The notes under the pieces were generated by a model. It saw only the letters and a program-made list of their open reading frames with translations, ran no database searches and was not told the origin of the DNA. The position numbers and the translations under genes are program-made. Source: Octopus bimaculoides (Eukaryota). Taken from it: a DNA stretch of 52,256 nt. Of the stretch, positions 26,383 to 38,889 are shown one piece after another. Positions within the stretch are counted from its first letter, which is position 1. Every line of letters starts with the position of its first letter. The DNA is taken from positions 2,166,771 to 2,219,026 of the forward strand of contig NC_068982.1 of the NCBI RefSeq assembly GCF_001194135.2. The letters run 5' to 3'.

Positions 26383-28545
26383 TTGAACAACGTGCGACTA
26401 GTAGTCGTCAGAGGTGCGACGACCATATTCCTTGAAGCGTCTAGAGTGTTTCTTAGGAGCATATAGCTCATTAGTGCTAGTGGAAGAATGGAATGTCATC
26501 TCGTACATGTTTGTGATATGTCAGGTCGAGATAGAAAATTGTCAAACTCAGCGACCAGGTTGACACATCTTTACTGGCATGGCACGCCAAATTTGCAGAA
26601 AACGAAATATTAAGTTAGTCAAATGAGCGTTGACAAAGGCAGTCTTCACCAATATGCGCTATTGTGTTTTCTGTAAAGAGTGGTTAGAATAGATAGATAT
26701 ATTAGGAGAGTAGCGATACAAAGAAGAATAGAAAACAAAAACAATAAGTGTAAGCGATGTGTTTAGGAAAGGTATTGCAACCAATGGTGAGAATTCCCTC
26801 AGAAAATTATTTAAAGCGATGTACAAGTTTTACGTTATCAGAGCAAATATCAAAAAGCTTTTCGAAAGGACCGAGAGGCAGAGGCGCAGCGAGGTAATAG
26901 AGATGCGATGAAGCCTTTCACAGACCATGATCACAGAGCGTTATTCAATACTAATAAGATGTCTGGGATTCTTCAGAAAGTATTTTACTCGTCTGTTCTG
27001 GACATTGACGAGATTTATTTCAGGATGAACCTGACAATGGAATCGGAATGCGGCAAAACGTATGTGCAATGTCGGCAATCTCCTCATCGTACGATGTCAT
27101 AGAGACGGAGAATAAATAAACTAGCACGATTGGGACTCATGAAACACATCGATCCAAAACTTTGCGGAAGTCCGTGCAGAAATATTTTGTATCGGTTCGG
27201 ACCGATTCCGATTTCACGGTTTGGAAGGCCACTGTGCATATCAATGTCTGTTTGTGATCCAGCGTAAATGACCACCTATTGGAACCATGCAGTATCGTTA
27301 AATGTTTACCATTTTGTATTTTCCTGTTTGAGCCGTATTGATTCTTGAATGTCTACACACTTCACTTTCATGCAATGAGATAGCTGGAACTTCCACCTTT
27401 GTGTTGTTGGACTGAAGCAAAGACATTCTTGGGGAAACTATGAGCATCAATGAAACTGAAACGATAAATCTGTTCTGGAGGTCTTTTAGTCGGTTCCATG
27501 AATGCATCCAGGAATAGTCGATTCGTAGGAAACTTCACAGATATAAAATTGCCTTCTGCTGGGTTTGCCCATGTTGCAAGTCGTGCAACGAGTCATGTCG
27601 TCTCGCAAACATGTTGTGATTCCTGAAATGTGGGGTTATGTTGAATATCTGTTCTCACATGTAGCACAGTCATTTGGAAAAGACAAACCTATTTTGTTAC
27701 CTTGGTCGTTTTGACAAAAATTGGGGCGAGACACTATGGACTAATTCTTATCAAGTTGAGAAGCAAACGAAGTGTAGAGAGTGAAGTGTTGACATTCCGT
27801 GAAATAGCTTTAAAGTTGATGATTTGCTGATCGTGGTTGGACTGGTTAGAATTGCTTTGAGCATGCAACTGAAGATTGAAGAGATGGAGTCCGATCATCG
27901 GCTTTCAAGAGTAACACGTGATAATTCCTTTCTTTTGGGAGAATTTCCTGTTACTATGTTACCATAAAATGTGTTATTGATTTTTGATTCTCTTTCTTTA
28001 TACCGATTTTTACCGAGTTGTAACATTCTCAAGTTTTGCCAACCTTATGTGTTTAATACACAATGCATTATCATTTTGTTATGATTATTGTTATTATCGT
28101 TATCATGGAAGCCTACTGTATTTTGGACGTTCAAGAAGTTGTGTTAAGTTTTCCTTTTCAGAGCCTGTTTTTGTTGAATTTGGAATTCTATTTTGGTACT
28201 TAGTTGTGATCTGTGTGATCTGTGTCGTTCGATCAACAAAAAATTAAGACGGGAAAACTTTTTGACAGTGGAATCATGTTTCGTAGTCATCTCATACAAC
28301 ATGATACAACTGACGTAAAGGTTATTGAAAAAATAGTAATTGCACTTTTGTGGCAACAACAGCCAGAAATACGCTAACATCAGCAGTTTTAGAAGCGCGA
28401 CCAAGCAGATGTCAATGTGGCTCGCAACGTCACAAGCAAATACGTTACCATCACCAACCCAACTAGTATTTACAAACAGTCACAACGATGATACTAAAAC
28501 AAGCAGCAGGAGCAGCAGCAATTGTAGTGACGGCAAAATAAAAGA

Positions 28546-30240
28546 TATTGCTTTTGGAATGTTCAAAAGCCTGTTCATTATATCGTACAAGCCAATAAAT
28601 ATGAACACTTAGGAGAGGCGCAGAAACGCACGAGGAGACAAAAACAGAAACGTTGTGGTCAATGTACCGCAAAACCTTTAAACCAAACAGAAAAAGAAAA
28701 CCATTCGGTGTGATGCCTGTCAATTAACAGACAGAAATTAAAGCGTGTACCTTCACATCAAATTGAACTCTGTTTACGGAATATAGGCAAGAAATCTATT
28801 TCGTTTGATTTGCCCATAAATTCGGAAACCTCCAAGTTATTTTCCAATTGGAAACCCACAGAAGCACTTGACTGGATGTTTCCACAGATATATCGATTTA
28901 ATTAGGAAAGAACGTGAAAACTGCAAACATATCTCCACATCTAGACCTCTGTTCGGAGGTGAAAAATATTTGTTTTGGGAGACAGTTGATTGAAAGAAAT
29001 AAGATATATAACTTGGGTCGGGATGGAGATGCTGGAGAGTTTGATTCAGGTCAAACGAAAGATATTAAGCAACATCCTCGACGTAGTAGCCATTTCTGGA
29101 GGGTAATAGCTGAAGGTAGTCGCAGGTGGTAGAAGGCCACCAAGCTATAAACCGTCGAATCATTTCGAACATTTCTGCTTCAACAACAGCTGAAATAGAG
29201 CTTCTAATGCCTCAGCAACAACAAACATAACTAAAGAAAGCACAATGCAATCAGGTCAACTTCAACAGCAACATGCGTTCAGAGCAAAAGCGATTACAAA
29301 ACCAGTTACAAGGCAATAAGCATCTCCAACGGTAGCAATATAGCAAGAGTGCGAACATCAGGGACAAAACTAAAAGCAGCACCATTTCCAAGATCCAGTA
29401 TAATGTCACCACCAACAGCAACTATAAGACTCAAAGAACAATAAATCATAAATTCATTGATCGCCAAGAGAAAAGCCCCACTCCGCTTAGGACCAGTCAG
29501 ATATGTTCGTTTGACGAACGTGACAGTGAGGAGTCTAAAAATACAAATTAAATGCAATACAATTAACTGACTGAAGGAAATAACTATGGACATGACTTTG
29601 AGCACAAAACAACAGCTACACTATCCGCGCCATTATCCGCAAGATTATCACCACCTAATTTACATACGCAACACACAGGTCACACGTCCAAACAGTGGAA
29701 GACATCATTAACAACTGGCCCGACATTCTCTCAGCAAAGGTGATCCTCAACTAATTATTTTTTGAATGCTAATCTTGAAGGCCGTATTGTCAAATCAAGA
29801 GCGGACAATAACAGGCGCATATTATTCAGTCAAAAGCAGAAGATTACTGCTTCTCAGTACCAATTCAGTCGAATGTTCAGGAACAACGGAACTAGAATGA
29901 AGTTTAGTGCCTACGTCGACTTATCGTGAGTAGAGTCCTGCGAAAATCCCATCATGTTTGCAGAAATACCAGACAGAATGGATGGATGGATGGATGGATG
30001 GATGGATGGATGGATAGAGGAAAGGGAAGTCCTTAGTTCTGGACAGTCTACTCTACCAGCTTTACATTTCTGTTTCAGACTTGTTCAGCAGAATATATTA
30101 TTTACGATTTAAATTAATCTAGGTCCACCATTGCTGAAGAGAAAGGATTCAAACGAAAGGGATCTTATAGTTTTCCGCCCATAAGTGTTTTAAAAATAGA
30201 TTTCAAAATTTTGGTCATGGTCTTAGCAAAGATTTAGGTA
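28546..30240 (+). mobile_element. Decayed L1/Tx1-like LINE (APE endonuclease plus start of RT), interrupted by (GATG)n
   Basis: YCFWNVQ and AETH (APE start); KSLVLDSLLYQLY at 30027-30065 (cf. KSPGLDGLPYEFY); FPPISVLKIDFKILVMVLAK at 30172-30231 (cf. RPISLLNxDxKILAKVLA). The RT part is better supported than the APE part. Confidence 0.55.
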
Positions 30241-30299
30241 TTACTGTCGCCTATTTGTTTTGATAAGCGACCGTATTTTTTAATTCCAAATTCCATCCC

Positions 30300-31290
30300 T
30301 ATATACTTACTTAATATCTTCACTGTTGAGACCAGACCATTTATTTCAGGCTCACTATTACCGAATATCTTCAGGTAATTTAACAGTTCTCCACTTTTCA
30401 AGGTCTTCTCTGATGTCGCTTTCCGTAATATGCCTGATGGGTATCATGCAGATCACAAATAGCAATGGTGACAGATTATCTCCCTGAAGTATACTTCTGA
30501 TGTCAACATTCACCGAAAACTACCCACATGATGTTAATTCTGAATTCTCATTCTTCATTGATCTGATAAAATTCAAAATGTAGACATATGCCTGTACCAA
30601 ATAAATACTTTCTCACATCCAGGAATGGGTGACCATATAAGCTTTCTTATAATCAATCCATGCTATATCCAAATTAGTTGGTCTTTTCTTATAGTCATTC
30701 AGTGCCATTCTATCAACCAGAAGTTGATATTTTGTCTCTCGGCTTTTCCTTCTGCATCCCTTCTGTTTCACTGTCAGCTTGTCATTAATTTCCAGGAAGT
30801 CATATATGCAAATAGATATTATTTCTGCCATCACCTCTCACTTCAAGAGTAAGCAGGAGATTGTCCAGTAGTTATCCACTGTATTACCTTTACCAGGGTC
30901 CTTTTGGAAAAGAACCGTTTTCCCTGTAGTCATGCACTTTGAGATTTCCACTGTGCTTTTGCACAGCTATTCTTTCTTGTAACACTGGGAATTTTTTTCA
31001 ACCAGTACCATCCGGAAGTGCACATTATTTCCAGTTTAGAACTTTGCTGTCGGTTGGTTACCGTTTCAGTTGTTATCCTTATATTGTGCCGTTTCACTTG
31101 ATTTGTACCCAATCTTAATTCCTTCAGCCCTTCAGTATCTTATTATTCTTTCCGTTATCACAGGTGTTACTACAAAACCTACTTCCTTCAGCATCAGATT
31201 CCTCACTGTTGTTAACCTTTCCGTTCAGCTGCTGATAAATACTTTTCTGTGCCCGATGGTACAAGCTATTGATCTTATATATCTCCTAAC
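30300..31290 (-). mobile_element. R4/Dong-like REL LINE, RT core fragment
   Basis: [48 protein letters not shown] (ORF 30613..30834) and QGDNLSPLLFVICMIP. Confidence 0.85.
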
Positions 31291-32330
31291 ATTAAGTTGT
31301 TAATTGCAATTCGTGTAAAACAGTTACACACGTAGATAATTTTCCCCATAAACTGTAAATGATGTGAATGAAATAACTGAGAGTTTTGACTATTAGAAGT
31401 ATATATAGTTTTGTGTAGAACTTACTAACTAAAACGTGTAAGAAAAATAGGTCTGTTCCTGAAAATGTATTGTGTTACCGTAAAATAAAACTATACCTAC
31501 TTACATTTCTGGATTTAAATACTTTAAATTGCTGAGCTCGAGTACCTATTTTAACGAAATATATATAAATGCACTCCATCGATTTACAACAGCCAATACA
31601 ATGATTTATGAGTAATAGCTATAGGTAATATTATTTACGGAGATTATAGAAGGTTATGCAGATGTATCTGTTTTAAATTTTATAGAATACATCGTGCATA
31701 GACTTAGAGCAACATGTTAAATATAAAAATAGTTAAATTCCCATTTTTCACATTTAGTCATCAAATTATAACCTCCAAGATAATTGATAACTTTAATGCG
31801 TATCCACCGCGACAGCATTCAAATGAAATATTTCGTCTCTGAATCGGTATGTGTTTCAAGAATTATGTCGGATAGAGTCATAATGCATGACCAGTTACTG
31901 ATTAGATGCTTCTTGTATCTATTGCAATAGCAGTTAGGTGATTTTCCTAATAAGCTATTCAAAAGAATAGCCCATTTTGAAGAAATGCTGAAAATGTAAA
32001 ATCGTAACTTAAAACAACATAATCTGCTCTATAATTTATAGATAAATAATTAAGTATTAAAGAACATTTCTCAATTCCTTGGGTTCAACATTCCTAAATT
32101 TCGTTCACATTGAGCGTTTAAATTTTTTGGTTAAAATCTAAGCAAATCGATTTAGCATAAAATAGGGATTCTACTCACATGTACATTTATGTGAAGAATT
32201 TCATCTTAATTTCATTCATTTACTACTTCAATAGAGTATTATCAATTCTATAATTAAATACACCTCATTCTCACTCAACAACATGTTATTGAGTAATAAA
32301 GAGTCACAAAAATTGTTTACAAGGAGAAAA

Positions 32331-32406
32331 TCATAACTGTCCTTTCCTGAAAGCCAGTATATGTCTGTCATCTGGATACATCGGTGTCAATGCTCCGTTG
32401 CGATAC
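32331..32406 (-). CDS. Candidate terminal coding exon of an unidentified host gene
   Basis: Acceptor (T)13-AG at 32421-32407; phase-2 frame YRNGALTPMYPDDRHILAFRKGQL then TGA; locally GC-richer and not a recognised repeat. Confidence 0.45.
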
Positions 32407-32559
32407 CTAAAAAAAAAAAAACAATAAATATAATATATAATGTATTTTACTTAAATTTTGATCGTCTATTAATATATATTCCTGTTTCGTTGTAAAAAAC
32501 AAAAACTTTCATATATTAGTTTCGCAATTTACTCATAACTAGTTATCTTTTTTCGAAAT

Positions 32560-32673
<114 letters not shown>

Positions 32674-33048
32674 GTTGTTTCTTTCGAGTAATAACAATAA
32701 TGGAAAGACGATGCATATCATAAATGTTTAGAAATTCCTCTCGGTTAGGTTCACAAAAAACATGAAATCCTTGCTTCTATTTGCTAAACCGTTTTGCATC
32801 ATGAAACGGTTGATCATATTGAGAAAGTAGACAAGATTTGCTGAAGTGATTCTTTCGGAATGCGGAAATATATCCGGAGAATTTATTAATAGAAATAAGC
32901 ATGCTAAATTTAAAACGATAGTAATGCAACAGATCTCATAAAACCGAAAAGAATATCATGCTTGCACAGAGAGGATTACTATTCTTATCTTTCATATTGT
33001 CGATCCAGTTTCCTAAATTCCACCTGTTGTAATATTTACCTTGTTTCA

Positions 33049-33190
33049 GGCAGTGGGCTGACAGGAGGGTCTTCAACACGGTAAGCAAAATTCTTGCTGA
33101 CATTTCATCCGACTTTACGTTTTCAGATTAAATTCCACTCAGATGATTATGTCTTCTCTCGTTTCGGAGTTGATAAAATAAGTACCAAAA
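33049..33190 (+). mobile_element. SINE family A, very degenerate copy
   Basis: GCAAAATTCTTGCTGACATTTCATCCGACTTTACGTTTTC...TTTCGGAGTTGATAAAATAAGTACC is colinear with the family. Confidence 0.6.
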
Positions 33191-33354
33191 TAAGTACTTT
33201 TAGAAGAAAGGGTTTATTTGAACCTTTTTACAGAAGAATTACAGAAAATCTTCTAGAGAAAGACTCACTACTAAGAGTAGAATAATATATATGTATAATA
33301 TAGAAGTGGCGATTGAACCGTTGAGTGTGCTGCATACTAAGGCAGTAATATATA

Positions 33355-33649
<295 letters not shown>

Positions 33650-33838
33650 GAGTGTTAGGTGTGATGTACAGAATTAAATATTGAAAAAAAAAAGTCGTCA
33701 GAATTTTGGAATAACTTCTTTCATTTATTTTATACATATATTAGCCCTTTCGTTCGTCTTTCGAACTTGTCAAATATAATTCTGTGAAAATACAGAGATC
33801 TAGCTTATTTATATAAAAACATGTGTTTTTGGGGGTTT

Positions 33839-34371
33839 TGTTTATAACAGAACATTGATTTTTTTTTGGGGGGGGGGAGCTTTGGAGACAATGGAAGATG
33901 TATAAGCAGATAGATAGATAGATAGATAAACTGATAGTCAAACAGATAGAGAGATGGATGTGGTAAAAGAGAGAGAGAAGGGCCATTGTATTGAAATGGT
34001 CTTTTTATGGAGTGTCAAAAACAAAAAGAAAAGGGTAAAAACTTGTTTACTACATTCTCTATTGTTTTGAGAGTGTTTTCTTCCTTCTTTTACCATCCCT
34101 AGAAACCCTCTCAAAACAATACAGTAAGTAGTAAACAAGTTTTTACCCTTTTTTTTTTGACACTCCTTAAAAAGACCATTTCAATACAAGGACCCTTCTT
34201 TCTCTCTTTTACGACATCCATCTCTCTCTCTGTCTGACTATCAGTCTATCTATCTATCTCTCTATCTGCTTGTCTATCTATCTATCTATCTATCTGCTTA
34301 TACATCTTCCATTGTCTCCAAAGCCTCACCCCAAACAAACAAAAAACCAAAACAATGTTCTGTTATAAACA
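33839..34371. repeat. Long imperfect inverted repeat (~240/270-bp arms, ~22-nt loop)
   Basis: TGTTTATAACAGAACATTG...ACTTGTTTACTAC..TATTGTTTTGAGAG (33839-34079) is the reverse complement of 34102-34371. The arms differ by scattered substitutions and (GATA)n length. Confidence 0.95.
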
Positions 34372-34508
34372 TGAATTATAAATATGAATTGTAGGGATGA
34401 GGTCAGAACAGTACTACAGGAGTAATTTTTGTTAAAAACATGAATTATAAATATGAATTCTAGGGATGAGGTCAGAACAGTACTACAGGTGTAATTTTTG
34501 TGACGAAC
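34361..34508. repeat. 69-bp tandem duplication
   Basis: ATGAATTATAAATATGAATT(G/C)TAGGGATGAGGTCAGAACAGTACTACAGG(A/T)GTAATTTTTGT at 34371 and 34440. Confidence 0.95.
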
Positions 34509-34834
34509 AAGTGAATTTTGGAAGAAGAGCCTTTAATATCTACCAGATAGATGGAATAGCATTGGAGAAAATGAAGGAGAATATATTTTAGATCAAAAAG
34601 AACTGTCTTTATCTTAATTTAAAAAATAAAAATAAACAAACCACATTATTCATGGGATGACCCAATNNNNNNNNNNACGATGAACGGAAACAAACAAACA
34701 CAGTTTGCTTTTAGAAGCGTTGAGATATCTTTGAAAGTTAAAGAAGTGATTTTAAATTCTCAAACGCGGGATAATGCTAAGAATATAGCCTGAACAGGAT
34801 AAGCTACCCTTATTTTGCAGAAAAAAGTGTTGGC

Positions 34835-34909
34835 GGCCGGCTATGAGACACGAACTCACACCTCTGTGATTACACGTCGCGGTGCTCTGAACCATTAAGC
34901 TAAACTGTT
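34835..34909 (-). pseudogene. Decayed tRNA-like sequence, Thr(UGU)-like anticodon loop
   Basis: A-box TAGCTTAATGGT, D-stem GCTT/GAGC, loop CGTGTAA, T-arm GTGAG-TTCGTGT-CTCAT, T6 run 9 nt downstream; acceptor and anticodon stems are disrupted. Confidence 0.55.
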
Positions 34910-35135
34910 ATGGAGGTCATGTGATGTACATTAAAACTGTTCATGGTTTCTCTCAGTCTCCTGTGAAATAAGTAATTTTAACAAGTTTGTATCTAGTAAG
35001 TAGGCTTACATATATATTTATGTAGGTAACGCTATTAATTATTCCGATCTGTGACGTTGTGACTGAGAGGAAAGTGTATATCTTAACTTCTTTAAAATTT
35101 ATCCAAGTCTCCGTAATAGAGAAATCCCCACCTAC

Positions 35136-35178
35136 ATCTCGATATTAGTAGCCAGACTTTGCGGAATCCGTAAGTCCT
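35136..35178 (-). CDS. Possible small internal exon bridging the two candidate exons
   Basis: 43 nt (3n+1), acceptor cctctctttacaagacAG, donor GTaggt, reads (K)DLRIPQSLATNIE(M). An alternative 70-nt version (35132-35201) is also phase-compatible. Splice signals are weak. Confidence 0.2.
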
Positions 35179-35792
35179 CTGTCTTGTAAAGAGAGGTAAC
35201 CCTAACGCAGTGATTACTACATTGTATTATAATTTCTCTGCTACGATTTCAATCTGATTGAAGTAATCTCACATATATGACACTAGATTTATGTCTGCAT
35301 TACGCCTTTTGGAAATTAAATTATACGCAGTAATTATTTCCTTATTTTTCTTTAATTAGCACAAACACATATTGAAATAAAACTTGGTGTAACAACAACA
35401 ACACAACGTTAGTCATCACATTCATTTAAAATTTCAACAGCCGTCACCTCCACCAACAACTACATCAACATTGCAATAATAAAAGTAATCATAAGAATTA
35501 TAACAGTTCATATAAAAATATTGAAGTATGCGCGTTACCTTATTGAAGCAAATGAAATAATATTCTGACGTAGGCATATTAGATTTAATTTTAATCTCAG
35601 ACGGAATCAACACCTGCATGATATAAAATCCCTTGCACACACTCACACACATCCACGTAAAGTATATCTGCATGTATACATACATATGTAAAGATGTTTG
35701 TAGTATGTATATATATATATATAAATACACACACATACATATATATCATATATATATATATATATACGTATATATATTTGTGTATAGATGTG

Positions 35793-35823
<31 letters not shown>

Positions 35824-36109
35824 TTATAAACCATCTGTGCTCCTGTTTAGACGGGATATATCCCTTGAAGACAACTAGAAATAATAAGATTAGCTATAGG
35901 CATCATAAAAATGCATTTCTTGGATAAATTCAAAGTTTCATGGTGTATAGAATTTTATGGAGAACTTACAAAATGGAGATTTGTAGGTGTTGCAAGCAAT
36001 ACGCAAAGTGTATTGTTTTGTATATCAACAACCTGGACAGAATGTAGGCCTGATAAATTCTTAGAGTATAAATTGTTTTTCGTTATCATGTCCGAAATGT
36101 GTCACTCAC

Positions 36110-36249
36110 TTTCCACTATTCTAGGCGGTTTGTTCTTTGCAAGAATTTTATACGGTTGGAAATTCCTAGACAGATCAGGTGTCCAGTCCGTGGCTAGATT
36201 TCGCATCAGACCTCGAGGCGTACAATGTCTTATTCGGGGTGCCAATCTT
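36110..36249 (-). CDS. Candidate internal coding exon of an unidentified host gene
   Basis: Acceptor ttttctattatttgtcggtAG, donor A|GTGAGT. The single open frame RLAPRIRHCTPRGLMRNLATDWTPDLSRNFQPYKILAKNKPPRIVE is closed by stops just outside both boundaries. Confidence 0.5.
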
Positions 36250-37948
36250 CTACCGACAAATAATAGAAAATGCAACTAGAAGAATTGGTCTTTCACCATA
36301 TTCAAAACGGGAAATAAAAATAAAAAATAAAACATTTTTCTTCTGAATTAAGACTGTGTTGTATAAAGATAAACATTGAGTTTTTCTCTGCGGTCTTCTA
36401 CATTCTCAGCTCTGTCCTTCTGGTGTTTCTACTTCCAATTTAACACATTCGAATTCTCTTAATCATATATTAATAACTTTCGTGAATTTGGCGTTGTTGG
36501 AATATTAACAGCATCGAACAAATTACGTTGAGATATTTAGTTATATCTTCTTCGTATTTTCAGCACAAATTTCGACTCTAAACTTTGATGCTTACGAAGT
36601 CGAGGAAATAATGTCCTAATGTACTTGTTAAGTATTCACGTTGTTATAGACAGATGTATCCCTCATCTAAAGGCGACACCTTGTGTTAATATCATAGATA
36701 TGTTAACAGATTATAAAACGAAGTAATATTTAGCAATATGGTTGTATATACTGCAACATTCTGATCCATTTTCCCAGCATTTTTTCTTTGGTTAACGAAG
36801 CATTTTCGACTTTATTTCTACTAATATCCTGAATCTTAGATTTCAATGTTTCATCAGTGTATACGAGAGAGTCTGTAAATTAATATTCGCACCTTACATA
36901 ACTTGGAATATTTCCCGATTACTCGTACATCTTACTTTGTGTACATATGATTAGGTCACTATGTTATTTTGTTTTACATTTATTTTCCTATATGCGATTA
37001 ATAAAAAAAATTGCGACTAAATCGTGTTCCCTCGGAGAGATTATCAAATATACCGACTTCTCGTTCCTACAGTTAATTTGCAACAAAATTGCTCATTTTG
37101 GTTTACTTTTAGATTCTGTCAGATTAATCCATTTTCAGAACGAACTTTAACGAATATAGGCAGGGTTACATTTATTTCCTCTCTATTAATATCCTAAACG
37201 TAATAAAAATCCTTATAATATTTTGATACTCCAAGGAGTATATGTTATTACAATTTTCACATATTGTTTTGAAATAAGCACAACGTTCTTCGTTTCCTTT
37301 GTTAAGAATTTTATTCATTTTATTTCCAGTTTATCATATTCAATTATTTTTATTTGTTTCTCCTAGTGTTTATTATTGTAATTATCAGCTATACATTTTT
37401 CCATTTAGAACATTATCTCTTATAATGTGCTTAAATTTTCTTCATTTACATGTTACATTTACATCTCATATTATCTACTCATATATTTACTTTTTAGCTT
37501 TTAGATGTATATTTTTCGGTGTGTTTTGCATTTGTCACTTTCCATTTTGGAAGCACCTGAATGCATATTTCAAATTATTTACTTTGATGTAAATTTTATG
37601 TAAATGGCTTTAATGTAAATTTCGGTGCTGAGCATTTCGTTACCATCCATTACGTAATACTGCAAAGATTTCACGAAGAAGAGTTTGAATGTTTTAGAGT
37701 TGTAGATACTTTGCAACATGTTTCATGGAGATGACATTGGTGGATCAAATTGTAGAATGAATAAATCTATTTGAAATTGTTCTCCTCTATATGTTGGTTA
37801 GGTGAGACTATATCGCTTCTTCAGTCTTGTAACACCCCTGCTCGTGCTTTATATATGTTTAGTGTCAATGATGTATGATTTTATTTTAAGCTCGCCACAT
37901 ACAGAGATTCCACCATTTATGAGCGTAAACAACTTTTATGAAATCATT

Positions 37949-38002
37949 ACATATTAAAACCACGTGGTGTGGAGTACATATTAAAACCATGTGGTGTGGA
38001 GT
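37949..38002. repeat. 27-bp tandem duplication
   Basis: ACATATTAAAACCA(C/T)GTGGTGTGGAGT x2. Confidence 0.9.
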
Positions 38003-38739
38003 ACAGACTGAAATACATTTACGTTTTTTTTCTTTCCAATAATGTACCAATATTTCTCATTGCTCTGTACAATGTACTCATATTTTGATAATGTATTTTT
38101 AATATGCGTTTATTTGAAATGTCATTATATTGTTTGTGGTTATTCATTAACAAATTATCTGTTTGAGTTTTTGCAGTAGAAAATTGAAACGGGAAGAACT
38201 ATTGATGTTAATTTACGGTAATTATATTTTAATCGCAGTTCTTTGGTAAAATGCAGAGACTAATGTGGTGCAAACTCAGAAGCTGTAGTGTTTTTATTTC
38301 GAATGTAATTTCCAGAGTACTCTACTTAAAAGCACTAAAAGTGATGCATCCTATTTCATTAATGGTTCTCTCATTTATGTAATAGATTATATCACTATGC
38401 TTCTAAAGCGTCATAAAGCCTAATGCCAATGTTTTTAAATATTAGAAGTTGGCACCCTTATTAGAAAAAATGGAGAAAGTTGTAATTTTGGACGAGATTT
38501 TTCAAATACATGCTACCGGGTATATCCGACTGAGTATAGGGTTTTTTCTAAATAACACACACATACGCACACACAATCATACACACAATCACACGCGCAT
38601 ACGCATACACATACATATTATATACCCATATATTGATGACGTCATACGATAGGCAATTTTCTAACAATGAATTATTCCTATATATATTTAGAGATATGTA
38701 TTTTTGATATTATAATTTCACTTAAGAATAGCGATACTT

Positions 38740-38829
38740 GTACTCACGTAGACTTCAGTACTCACGTAGACTTCAGTACTCACTTAGACCTCACTACTCA
38801 CTTAGACCTCACTACTCACTTACACCTCA
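38740..38829. repeat. 18-bp tandem repeat x5
   Basis: (G/C)TACTCAC(G/T)TA(G/C)AC(T/C)TCA units at 38740, 38758, 38776, 38794 and 38812. Confidence 0.95.
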
Positions 38830-38889
38830 GTGCTTAGAGTAAAGCGTTTCGCGAATACAGCGGCTATGATCGATTAATTAATGACATAA

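Noticed and set aside
26430-26800. VKTAFVN motif on the minus strand suggesting Copia or LINE RT
   Set aside because: A single short motif with unconvincing neighbouring motifs; too weak to call.
27500-27910. Possible second APE fragment (VGNFT...SDHRL)
   Set aside because: Only two short motifs; plausible but below my threshold.
33031-33085. Plus-strand micro-exon look-alike (tttcag|...|gtaagc)
   Set aside because: It aligns with the head of SINE family A.
37585-37665. Possible upstream exon (YYVMDGNEML...) phase-compatible with 36249
   Set aside because: Weak donor and low-complexity AT-rich content; phase compatibility alone occurs by chance.
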